From the NCBI GenBank assembly GCA_022614705.1, contig JAKEIB010000030.1, positions 1-63,646 of the forward strand: a stretch of 63,646 nt of DNA, given 5' to 3'. Positions 8,515-16,581 of the stretch are shown piece after piece. This DNA is from Planctomycetota bacterium (GTDB taxonomy: Bacteria > Planctomycetota > Planctomycetia > Pirellulales > Lacipirellulaceae). Every line of letters begins with the position of its first letter. The stretch's first letter is position 1. A program made the position numbers and the translations under genes. The notes beneath the pieces were generated by a model that saw nothing but the letters and a program-made list of their open reading frames with translations, did not search any database and was not told the origin of the DNA.

Positions 8515-8561
8515 TTCTAATTTCCGACAAGGAAGTTCGGCTAGTCGATTGATCATCGCTT

Positions 8562-9068
8562 ATGCTCACCGCTAGACAAATCATCGAACGCTTGCAACTC
8601 GAACCCCTCACTATCGAGGGCGGTTTCTTCCGCGAGACGTATCGATCAACGCAACGCCTCCGGGCTATTGCCCTGCCGCCGGAATATAGTGGCGAGCGGA
8701 ATGTTTCCACGGCGATCTACTACCTGCTCGCGCCCGACACGTTCTCGGTCATCCATCGCGTGAGGAGCGACGAGGTGTTTCACTTCTACGCGGGCGATCC
8801 GGTGGAGATGCTGCAGCTTTGGCCGGAAGGCGACGGCAGGATCGTTACGATCGGCAACGACCTGGCCGCCGGGCGGGAGCCGCAGGCTGTCGTGCCGGCG
8901 GGCGTTTGGCAGGGGTGCCGGCTAATGCGCGGCGGCGAATGGGCATTGATGGGCTGCACGGTCGCGCCGGGGTTCGACTACGCCGATTACACGTCGGGCC
9001 ACCGCGCAAAGCTCCTTGCGGAATATCCAAACTTCGCGGAGGTGATCGCCGCGTTGACTGCCGGATAA
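8562..9068 (+). CDS. Cupin-fold protein (DUF985-like)
   Basis: LEPLTIEGGFFRETYRS...AIYYLL...FSVIHRVRSDEVFHFYAGDPVEMLQL...GCTVAPGFDYADY is the pattern of the DUF985 cupin family. Confidence 0.8.
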   Translation: MLTARQIIERLQLEPLTIEGGFFRETYRSTQRLRAIALPPEYSGERNVSTAIYYLLAPDTFSVIHRVRSDEVFHFYAGDPVEMLQLWPEGDGRIVTIGNDLAAGREPQAVVPAGVWQGCRLMRGGEWALMGCTVAPGFDYADYTSGHRAKLLAEYPNFAEVIAALTAG

Positions 9069-9113
9069 ACCCGCCACTCGCATGGTGCTCCGACCGGCGG
9101 CGTTGGCAGAAGG

Positions 9114-9269
9114 TCAGCCATCGTCGGACGGCGCTGCGCTGGGCGGCGGCGCCTCGGGCCGCTTGCCTAGTTCCTTATTCTTCTGCCGACGCTTTCGTTT
9201 TTCCTCAGCACGTTGGCGTTTTTCCGTTTCGCGGCGGCGTTTCTCGAATGTGTTTTGATTTTTTGCCAA
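9114..9269 (-). CDS. Possible small, highly basic protein (about 51 aa)
   Basis: A TTG at 9269 is preceded by GGAGAGG (9280-9274). The product AKNQNTFEKRRRETEKRQRAEEKRKRRQKNKELGKRPEAPPP is Lys/Arg/Glu-rich. The longer 95-aa ORF has a non-protein-like N-terminus. Confidence 0.3.
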   Translation of the reverse strand: MAKNQNTFEKRRRETEKRQRAEEKRKRRQKNKELGKRPEAPPPSAAPSDDG

Positions 9270-9423
9270 ATATCCTCTCCTATTGAATCCCGTGCTGAGA
9301 TTGCACTGGTTGTGTGATTGCAGGGAGCCACCCAGAGGGTACCCGGCAGGGAGCGTGGAGCCTGAATTCCTGCTCCTAGCTCCCCGCTCCATGCTTTCCA
9401 CATACCTGAACCAAAACGACGCG

Positions 9424-9466
9424 CAAAAACAAATGCACTGCCGTGCGTATCCACACGGCAGTGCAT
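9424..9466 (-). terminator. Rho-independent terminator downstream of the RRM gene
   Basis: A perfect 13-bp stem atgcactgccgtg/cacggcagtgcat (9433-9445 / 9454-9466) is followed on the minus strand by TTTGTTTTTG. Confidence 0.65.
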
Positions 9467-9544
9467 GAATACTCGTCGGACGACCGCCAATGAGGCGGCG
9501 GCTTTCAAGCCATCGCTAACCAGCGTCGTGTCGTCAACGGCAGC

Positions 9545-9862
9545 CTAGTAACGGCGCTTGCCGCCACCGCCACCACCGTAGCCGCCGCGGCCACCACCGC
9601 CGCCTCCGCGATTTTCGCGCGGGCGGGCTTCATTGACGGTGAGCGTTCGGCCGTCGTGCTCTTTGCCGTTGACTCCGGCAATTGCCGCATCGGCGTCCTG
9701 GTCGCTTTGCATCTCGACGAAGCCAAAGCCCTTGCTTCGGCCCGTGTCGCGGTCCATGACGACTTCGGCGCTTTTCACCGTCCCATATTCACCAAACATT
9801 TGTTCGAGGTCCGAGCTCGCGACGTTATAGCTCAGATTGCCACAATACAGCTTCTTTCCCAT
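9545..9862 (-). CDS. RRM-domain RNA-binding protein with Gly/Arg-rich tail
   Basis: MGKKLYCGNLSY (RNP2), KGFGFVEM (RNP1) and C-terminal RGGGGGGRGGYGGGGGG. ATG 9862 is preceded by GGAG. Confidence 0.9.
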   Translation of the reverse strand: MGKKLYCGNLSYNVASSDLEQMFGEYGTVKSAEVVMDRDTGRSKGFGFVEMQSDQDADAAIAGVNGKEHDGRTLTVNEARPRENRGGGGGGRGGYGGGGGGKRRY

Positions 9863-10091
9863 GATGCATCTCCTGCAATTGGAAAAACTCGCAGCCCGGG
9901 ATTTCACTTTCAGGGCTGCACAGAAAGGGGCCAAGAATGGAGGCCCGCCAGGAGGTGCGGCTGAAAGAGGCAGAGGCAGCCGACACAAGAAGCACGGCTA
10001 ACAGAGACACGTTCGTCGAACCAACCCGGAGCATTATTGACGATGCGGCCCGGCAAGTCTAGACGAAAACGACGAAATACGCCAAGAAAGC

Positions 10092-11555
10092 ATGCATGCA
10101 AGCGCCCATGCGCCTTGGATGCTTCTCATGTTGAAGCCGATGCTCAATAAACCCTCAAAAGCCGATGGAATCGCCCCGCGCCTCGGTCTGTGGGACGCCG
10201 TGAGCATCATCATCGGCATCGTCGTCGGCACGGCGATTTTTCGGTCGTCGTCGGACGTGTTTGCAAATTCGCCCGGCGCGGCGTGGGCGATGGGGTTGTG
10301 GATTGTGGGCGGCCTGCTGTCGTGGTGCGGCGCCATCTGCTACGCCGAATTGGCGACGACCTACCCGCGCGACGGCGGCGACTACGTGTACCTCACGCGG
10401 GCGTTCGGACCGTGGTGCGGATTCCTGTTCGGTTGGGCACAACTCACGACGGTGCTCAGCGGCAACATCGCGATCATGGCCTACGCATTTGCCGACTACG
10501 GCGAGAAGTTGTGGCCGGCGTGGAAGAATCAAAGCGTTTGGATCACGATCACACCGGTGCTCGCACTGTCTGTGATCAATGCGATTGGCGTGGTCGTCGG
10601 AAAGTTTGCGCAGAATGTGTTGACGGTCGGCAAGATCATTGGGCTGGCGGGGTTGGTACTTGCTGGTTTTCTTGCAGGGGAAGCTAAACCGCAAGCGGCG
10701 GCGGAAACTGTAGATGGCGGAATGCCCGCTAGCGTGGGGTTGGCTCTTGTTTTCGTGCTGTATGCGTACGGCGGCTGGAATCATGCGGCCTACGTCGCGG
10801 CGGAGGTTCGCGATCAAAGGCGCAATTTGCCGCGCGCCCTGTTCGTGGGGCTGGCCTGCATCACGCTCATTTATCTCGCGGTGAACGCCACCTATCTCGC
10901 AGTGCTGGGATTCGACGGCGCGCGAGTCACGCGAACGCCGGCCGCCGACGTGATGGAGCAGGCTGTCGGCGTTTGGGGCGGGCGCGCGTTCAGCCTGCTC
11001 GTCATGCTATCGGCGCTCAGCGCCATCAACGGCATGATTCTCACCGGCTCGCGAATCTACGCGACCTGGGGCGCCGACTACCCCGCCCTTGCCTGGCTCG
11101 GAGCGTGGAACCGCACGGCGGCCGCACCGGTCGCCGCAATCGCGGTCCAGGCCGCGATTGCCGTACTCTTGATCGTGCTCGTCGGAACAGAAACGGGCCG
11201 CGATGTTTTCGACGTCGGACTCGCCCGTGTCGGACTCGCCGAATTGCCGTGGGAACGTTTTAACGGCGGCTTCGCCACGCTGGTGGCCGCGTCGACACCC
11301 ACGTTTTGGGCGCTCTCACTGCTCACCGGAGTCGGCATCTTCGTGCTCCGCGCGCGGGACCGCGACATCGAACGGCCCTATTTGATCCCTTTCTTTCCTC
11401 TGCCGGCGATCGTGTTCTGCGCCACGTGCGTGTACATGCTCGTGGCGAGCATCATGTATGCCAGATGGCTCGTGTTAGTAGGCTCCGCACCATTGGCATT
11501 GGGCGTCGTCGTTTGGTTACTTTTAGGGCGGTTGCGTCGTGCCGAATTGGAATAA
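10092..11555 (+). CDS. APC-superfamily amino acid permease
   Basis: About 12 hydrophobic segments. GIVVGTAIFRSS, AELATTYPRDGGDYVYL and YAYGGWN are typical of APC transporters. The start could be slightly downstream. Confidence 0.85.
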   Translation: MHASAHAPWMLLMLKPMLNKPSKADGIAPRLGLWDAVSIIIGIVVGTAIFRSSSDVFANSPGAAWAMGLWIVGGLLSWCGAICYAELATTYPRDGGDYVYLTRAFGPWCGFLFGWAQLTTVLSGNIAIMAYAFADYGEKLWPAWKNQSVWITITPVLALSVINAIGVVVGKFAQNVLTVGKIIGLAGLVLAGFLAGEAKPQAAAETVDGGMPASVGLALVFVLYAYGGWNHAAYVAAEVRDQRRNLPRALFVGLACITLIYLAVNATYLAVLGFDGARVTRTPAADVMEQAVGVWGGRAFSLLVMLSALSAINGMILTGSRIYATWGADYPALAWLGAWNRTAAAPVAAIAVQAAIAVLLIVLVGTETGRDVFDVGLARVGLAELPWERFNGGFATLVAASTPTFWALSLLTGVGIFVLRARDRDIERPYLIPFFPLPAIVFCATCVYMLVASIMYARWLVLVGSAPLALGVVVWLLLGRLRRAELE

Positions 11556-11682
11556 ATCTTGCCCCAGCCAACCACACGCAATCGCGCATTCCGCGAGAAC
11601 GCCCGCTTGCGGTTTAGCTAAGCGGCAGGCGGCGGAAAAACCTCTATTCGCGGAAAATCAACGCCCTGCAATAATCCGCCGC

Positions 11683-12606
11683 ATGTTGCGGAATGCGATC
11701 GATTTCGGCGTCTACGTGCTTCTGCGGGCGCTTATCGCGGTGGTGCAGGCACTGCCTATCGAGGCGTGCGAAAAGGGCTCGGAGGTTCTGGCCACGCTCT
11801 TCACGCGAGTGCTGAACGTGCGGCGACGCGTCGTCGACGACAATCTGCGTCAGGCGTTCCCAAATCTCACGGCCGACGAGCGTCGGGAAGTGGCCTGGCA
11901 AATGTGGCGGCACCTGTTTCTGATGATGGCCGAGATCGCGCACACGCCGCGCAAAATCCACGAAACGAATTGGAAGCAGCATTCGCACATTGTCAATCAG
12001 GAGCTGTTCGTGCGCGCGTTGCTGGCCGGCCGGCCGCTCGTGCTGATCTCCGCACACTATGGAAACTTCGAGCTGGGCGGCTACCTCATGGGACTGTTCG
12101 GCTTCCCAACGTACACGGTCGCCCGCCCGCTCGACAACGCATATCTTGATCGCTTCGTGAACGACTTCCGCGGCCGCACCGGTCAGTACATGCTTTCCAA
12201 GACAGGCAGCGGCGACGAGATTCAGCGCGTCCTCGGCCGCGGCGGCATTCTCACGCTGCTGGGCGACCAGCACGCCGGCAAAAAAGCCTGTTGGGTCAAC
12301 TTCTTCGGCCGGCCCGCGTCGACGCACAAAGCGGTCGCGCTATTCTCGCTCGGCAACGACGCACCGACAATGGTCAGCTACGCGCGCCGCCTCGACAAAC
12401 CGCTGCACTACGAAGTTGGTCCCGAGGCGATTTGCGATCCGCGCGCGCCCGATTTTCAGTTGGGCAGTATTCCGCTCCTTGCACAGTGGTACACGGATCA
12501 CTTGGAGAACCTCATCCGCCGCTCGCCGGAGCAATATTGGTGGTTACACAAGCGGTGGAAAGGCCAGCCACCGGTGCGAAAACGGCAAGCGGCGGATGCG
12601 GCGTGA
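11683..12606 (+). CDS. LpxL/HtrB-type lysophospholipid (lipid A) acyltransferase
   Basis: N-terminal TM, acyltransferase motif ISAHYGNFELGG (HX4E/D) and FFGRPASTHKAVA. ATG 11683 is chosen because the ORF is open from 11539 and overlaps the permease end. Confidence 0.8.
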   Translation: MLRNAIDFGVYVLLRALIAVVQALPIEACEKGSEVLATLFTRVLNVRRRVVDDNLRQAFPNLTADERREVAWQMWRHLFLMMAEIAHTPRKIHETNWKQHSHIVNQELFVRALLAGRPLVLISAHYGNFELGGYLMGLFGFPTYTVARPLDNAYLDRFVNDFRGRTGQYMLSKTGSGDEIQRVLGRGGILTLLGDQHAGKKACWVNFFGRPASTHKAVALFSLGNDAPTMVSYARRLDKPLHYEVGPEAICDPRAPDFQLGSIPLLAQWYTDHLENLIRRSPEQYWWLHKRWKGQPPVRKRQAADAA

Positions 12607-12612
12607 CGCTTT

Positions 12613-12720
12613 GTTCCCACGCTCTATGTGGGAACACACTACCCGGCCGCTCCGCGGCACTTGCCGTGCAATGCGACGCAGAGCGTCGCCATCTTGCGTT
12701 CCCACGCAGAGCGTGGGAAC
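12613..12720. repeat. Inverted pair of GTTCCCACGC...GCGTGGGAAC hairpins
   Basis: gttcccacgctctatgtgggaac (12613-12635) and gttcccacgcagagcgtgggaac (12698-12720) are near reverse complements. A related hairpin gcgacgcagagcgtcgc lies between them at 12673-12689. Confidence 0.8.
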
Positions 12721-12841
12721 GAGCAGCAAGCAATTCGTCATTCGTCATTCGGGAATTCGTCATTCCCATGGACCTATCCGCGCGTCCGCGAGTGCGTTAC
12801 GATAGCTGCTTTCCCACCTGCCGGACCACTCGCTCGTCACC

Positions 12842-13795
12842 GTGTATCACTTCCGGCCGTTTCGCAACGCCGACCCGCCGCTCATCGCCGAAATCTGGCG
12901 CGATCAGCCGCCGCAGCGCGGGCTCATGCAGCTGGTCACGCCGGCGATTCTTGAGCAGCTCGTTTTCTCGAAGCCCTACTTCGACCCGCAAGGACTTGTT
13001 CTTGCGTTCGATGGCGATTCGGTCGTTGGTTTCGTCCACGCTGGTTTCGGCGCGAACGACGAGCAAACGGATTTCGACACGTCGATGGGCACGACCTACC
13101 AACTGATGCTGCGTGCCGACAATCGCAACGAGGAATTGGCAGACGAATTGCTGCGTCGCGCCGAAGACTATCTTCGCGATCGCGGCGCGAAGGTTCTTTA
13201 CGGCGGTGGAATTCGCCCGTTCAACGCGTTTTACCTGGGACTATACGGCGGCAGCGAATTGCCGGGCGTGCTGGTGAGCGACCCAGTATTGGGCGCCGCC
13301 TGCTTGCGAAACGGATATCACGAAATCGATCGCGTTCAAATTCTGCAACTCGAGCTGGCCCGCTTTCGCCCGCCCGTCACGCGCTCGCAGCGTCAGCTTC
13401 GCCGTGAATTGAGCAGTCGCGAAAACTATTGCCCGCCGGCACAGTCGCGTTGGGAGGCGTACACAATCGGCGACTTCGAGCGCCTTCGTTTCTCACTTAC
13501 AGCGGCGAACGGGCCTTCGCTGGCCCAGGTCGATTTTTGGGACATCGAGCCGCTTTCCACGTACCGGGGCGTTGCCACGGCCGGTATGTTCGACCTGCGT
13601 GTGACCGACGAGCGGCGCCGGCATGGACTCGCCACGTTTCTGCTCGCGGGCGCCTTCGAGCGCCTGCGAAATCGCGGCATCGTGCTGGTCGAAGCGCAAA
13701 CGATGCAACACAACGCGCCCGCCCTCGCGCTCTACGCCAAACTCGGCTTCACCAAAGTCGACGAAGGCGTCGTGTACCGCAAGGAGAGTCTGTAG
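12842..13795 (+). CDS. GNAT-family N-acetyltransferase
   Basis: The C-terminal acetyl-CoA motif is RRRHGLATFLLAGAFERLRNRGIVLVEAQTMQHNAPALALYAKLGFTKV. The start is GTG. The TAG stop lies inside the repeat arm. Confidence 0.75.
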   Translation: MYHFRPFRNADPPLIAEIWRDQPPQRGLMQLVTPAILEQLVFSKPYFDPQGLVLAFDGDSVVGFVHAGFGANDEQTDFDTSMGTTYQLMLRADNRNEELADELLRRAEDYLRDRGAKVLYGGGIRPFNAFYLGLYGGSELPGVLVSDPVLGAACLRNGYHEIDRVQILQLELARFRPPVTRSQRQLRRELSSRENYCPPAQSRWEAYTIGDFERLRFSLTAANGPSLAQVDFWDIEPLSTYRGVATAGMFDLRVTDERRRHGLATFLLAGAFERLRNRGIVLVEAQTMQHNAPALALYAKLGFTKVDEGVVYRKESL

Positions 13796-13852
13796 CTGGG
13801 GTCTGAGACCCCGGCTGGTCTGAGCAGCCGGCCTCATAGAGGCCAGCTACAG
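13790..13852. repeat. BIME-like element, copy 1 (CTGTAGCTGG...CCAGCTACAG)
   Basis: ctgtagctggggtctgagaccccggctggtctgagcagccggcctcatagaggccagctacag. It has 10-bp terminal inverted repeats and two internal hairpins (GGGGTC-nnn-GACCCC and GGCCTC-ata-GAGGCC). Confidence 0.9.
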
Positions 13853-13854
13853 TA

Positions 13855-14664
13855 TTACCGAACCGTCGTGTTCTGCTTCAAACCGGCCAGATACTTCGAG
13901 AGCGTCTGCTCGGGTTCGGCGCTCAGCGCGGCCAGGCGTCGCGAAAGAGGCTCGACCGCCCGGCCCTGGTGAATGTCGGCCAGATAATTGGTCAGTACTT
14001 CGCGTTGCTCCGGATTGGAGTGCAGCATCGCGTATACCCAGGCCCACGACTCCGCGTAGTCGCGTTGATCCATCTGAGTGGCGTCGCGCAGCCGCTCCAG
14101 CCGCGCGAGATCGGGCTTCCAGCCGTCGTGCTGCATCATGTCCGATAGCAGCGCGAGATGCGGTTGATTGAAGCCATTCAGATTTTGGGGCACCTCGAAG
14201 AATTCAGCGAGCCCCTCGTCGAGCCACAGTGGAATGCCCGGCACGACGGCGTGCAAGTAGCCGTGCGCCACCTCGTGCCTGAGGTCCTCGGCCATGCGGT
14301 CGCTCCAATGGGCGTAAACGGCCAGCCGCGCGTCGGTCTCCAGGAAGAACGCCCGCCGCGACGGCACGCCGGGAAAGTGGCGCGCCAAGAATTCGGCATA
14401 GCGTTCGCCGTCGCGGAACAAATGCACGTCGATCACTTCGTGGCCGGGCGGCAATCCAAGCGTGCGGCAGATGTTTTCGCGCTCGGTGGTCAAGTCGCGC
14501 AGAATGCGGTTGTCTTCCGTCAGCTCGAAATCGCTATGGATGTGCAACTGGCCGACGCGGATGTGATACGCGTCCGGCAGCGCCGCCGGCCGCGGCCACC
14601 CGCGGCAACCGCCGACGAGCAACAACGTCAGAACAATTATTGAGAGATTCCCGCGCATGCGCAT
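13855..14664 (-). CDS. Lipoprotein with HExxH metallopeptidase motif (DUF1570-like)
   Basis: Lipobox LLLVGGC, then LRHEVAHGYLHAV...WLDEGLAEFFE, which is a gluzincin/MA-clan style motif. Confidence 0.7.
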   Translation of the reverse strand: MRMRGNLSIIVLTLLLVGGCRGWPRPAALPDAYHIRVGQLHIHSDFELTEDNRILRDLTTERENICRTLGLPPGHEVIDVHLFRDGERYAEFLARHFPGVPSRRAFFLETDARLAVYAHWSDRMAEDLRHEVAHGYLHAVVPGIPLWLDEGLAEFFEVPQNLNGFNQPHLALLSDMMQHDGWKPDLARLERLRDATQMDQRDYAESWAWVYAMLHSNPEQREVLTNYLADIHQGRAVEPLSRRLAALSAEPEQTLSKYLAGLKQNTTVR

Positions 14665-14712
14665 TGTTTCGCGAAGCGGGAATTCTAACGAAAGACGACC
14701 CGTGCCCGAAGA

Positions 14713-15918
14713 TCAGTAATGCGGCCCCGGCAACGACGTATGCGGTGTGTCGGTTCGGTTTTCAACTCTGCCCCGCCGCCTCCGCTTGCGACTTAGCGTT
14801 CCCACCCGCCGCAACGCCTTCCTCCGCAACGCAATCAAACACACTTCCTGCCCGCCCGTCGTGAGCTGCCGCGTGCGCACGTCGCGATATCCCCATCCGC
14901 GCACCCGTGCCACCAACTCCGGCAACCGCGCGGCCTGCTTCCAATCCGAAAACTTCAGCGTAATCACCATGCCGCGTATCGCGAGGCCCGGGTGCTGGAC
15001 GATCGATTCGGTTTCCTCAAGCGTTGCCTCGGGCGCAATGTTCATGTCGGCCACCAGCCAGCGCACGCCTTCGAACTCTTTGCGCCGCACATCCTTGCCG
15101 CGTTTCTTGAGATGACGAAACCGCGGATGCGCGAGCACTGACGGATCGACGTCGGCCGGATCGATGCCCGTGACAAACAACCCGCGGTCCAATAGTGCCT
15201 GACTTGCCCCGCCCGGTGCACAGCCGATTTCAACACACTCGTCTTCGGCAGCCAGCGGCAAGTCGCTCCAGGCCAGCGCCTCTTCCATCTTCGCGTACGC
15301 CCGCGAAACGGCATGTGGCGGCAACGACACGTGGATCGCGCCGCCGGACCAGCGCTCGTGGCGACGCACCGCGCGGTGGGAACCAATCCACCACTCGCCC
15401 GGTGAGAGCACAACTATATCAAGTACTCGTCCGTTGTGACGAGTCGGGCGTTTGCTCGCGCTCAGCATCAGCCTTAACTTCCCACACGACTCCGGCGCAG
15501 CCATTCGCAATGCCGCTTCAATCTCCTGGCACAGCGGCGTCACCAAATCCTCATCGTCGGCCTCAACAAGCGTCGGCTGTGCCGGCTGCCAAACATGAAT
15601 GTCTGCAAAGCCCCCCTCATCTGCGAGGTGCGCCACCGCGTCATGGCGCCAAACATCGGCCGCGAGGACTTCCAACTTTTCGCCGGTCACCCGGCCGAGC
15701 GAAACGCCGTGAGCATGCGCGAATGTCCAATGCCGCTCCGCCAATTGTCGATCGTCCAGCGGCCGGTCACCAGCATGCTTGAACGTCAAGAAACCAGGCC
15801 GCGAAAACGATAGTCGCCACGCAGGCTCGCTGCGCGCAACCTCCTCCTTTACCGCGCCCTCCGCCCCGGCCCGGCAAGTCATGAACACAAATTGTGCGGC
15901 TTCCTTCGACATCGCCAA
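14713..15918 (-). CDS. RlmM/FtsJ-like SAM-dependent ribose 2'-O-methyltransferase
   Basis: THUMP-like N-terminus (FVFMTCRAGAEGAVKEEV...RPGFLTFK), SAM motif VEIGCAPGGASQALLDRG and WLVADMN. The order resembles RlmM. Confidence 0.6.
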   Translation of the reverse strand: MAMSKEAAQFVFMTCRAGAEGAVKEEVARSEPAWRLSFSRPGFLTFKHAGDRPLDDRQLAERHWTFAHAHGVSLGRVTGEKLEVLAADVWRHDAVAHLADEGGFADIHVWQPAQPTLVEADDEDLVTPLCQEIEAALRMAAPESCGKLRLMLSASKRPTRHNGRVLDIVVLSPGEWWIGSHRAVRRHERWSGGAIHVSLPPHAVSRAYAKMEEALAWSDLPLAAEDECVEIGCAPGGASQALLDRGLFVTGIDPADVDPSVLAHPRFRHLKKRGKDVRRKEFEGVRWLVADMNIAPEATLEETESIVQHPGLAIRGMVITLKFSDWKQAARLPELVARVRGWGYRDVRTRQLTTGGQEVCLIALRRKALRRVGTLSRKRRRRGRVENRTDTPHTSLPGPHY

Positions 15919-15938
15919 CTCAAACTATTACAATTCGA

Positions 15939-16030
15939 TTAACCACAGAGGACACGAAGAGCACGGAGACAACAATGAAGCTGCCGTTTCGAAAATCCGT
16001 CTCCGTGCTCTGGATGTCCTCTGTGGTAAT
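15939..16030. repeat. Periodic-arm inverted repeat (TAACCACA subfamily) overlapping the msrB start
   Basis: Left arm ttaaccacagaggacacgaagagcacggagac (15939-15970). Right arm gtctccgtgctctggatgtcctctgtggtaat (15999-16030). The msrB ATG (15975) sits in the loop. Confidence 0.85.
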
Positions 16031-16502
16031 AATACTTGGTCTAGTCGCTTACACGCTCTTCTCACTGTACACACCCGCCATGCCGAACAAAATGCAAAAT
16101 CCCGACATGCAAGAATCCGACGACGATTTGCGCGACAGGCTTACCCCCGAGCAATTCTACGTAACCCAGCAAAAAGGAACCGAGGCGCCCTTCACCGGCG
16201 AATATTGGAACCACCACGAAACGGGCATGTATCGCTGCGTGGTCTGCGGGGCCGAATTGTTTACCTCGCAGTCAAAGTTTGACAGCGGCTGCGGCTGGCC
16301 CAGTTTCTACGAGGCCGCCAACGACACGAACGTGGACACGCAGACCGACACCAGCCACGGCATGGTCCGCGACGAAATCACCTGCAGCAAGTGCGGCTCC
16401 CACCTCGGCCACGTCTTCCCCGACGGCCCAAAGCCCACTGGCCTGCGCTACTGCGTGAACAGCGCGTCGCTCAAGTTCGAGCCGAAAGACGAAAGTAAAT
16501 AG
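15975..16502 (+). CDS. msrB: Peptide-methionine (R)-S-oxide reductase MsrB with N-terminal hydrophobic segment
   Basis: LTPEQFYVTQQKGTEAPFTGEYW...YRCVVCGAELF...GCGWPSF...CSKCGSHLGHVFPDGP...RYCVNS. ATG 15975 is preceded by GGAGA 5 nt upstream. Later in-frame ATGs are possible. Confidence 0.85.
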   Translation: MKLPFRKSVSVLWMSSVVIILGLVAYTLFSLYTPAMPNKMQNPDMQESDDDLRDRLTPEQFYVTQQKGTEAPFTGEYWNHHETGMYRCVVCGAELFTSQSKFDSGCGWPSFYEAANDTNVDTQTDTSHGMVRDEITCSKCGSHLGHVFPDGPKPTGLRYCVNSASLKFEPKDESK

Positions 16503-16505
16503 TGA

Positions 16506-16578
16506 CCTCACGCAACGGCGCAAAGCCGCAAAGGCCAACTCGGACTCTTCTTCGCGCCTTTGCGACTTTGCGTGAGAT
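16506..16578. repeat. Periodic-arm inverted repeat (CTCACGCA subfamily)
   Basis: Left arm cctcacgcaacggcgcaaagccgcaaagg (16506-16534). Right arm cgcctttgcgactttgcgtgagat (16555-16578). Confidence 0.8.
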
Positions 16579-16581
16579 TCC

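Noticed and set aside
12291-13106. 271-aa plus-strand ORF spanning the lpxL-like 3' end, the repeat-filled spacer and the GNAT 5' end
   Set aside because: It runs through palindromic repeats and overlaps two motif-supported genes out of frame.
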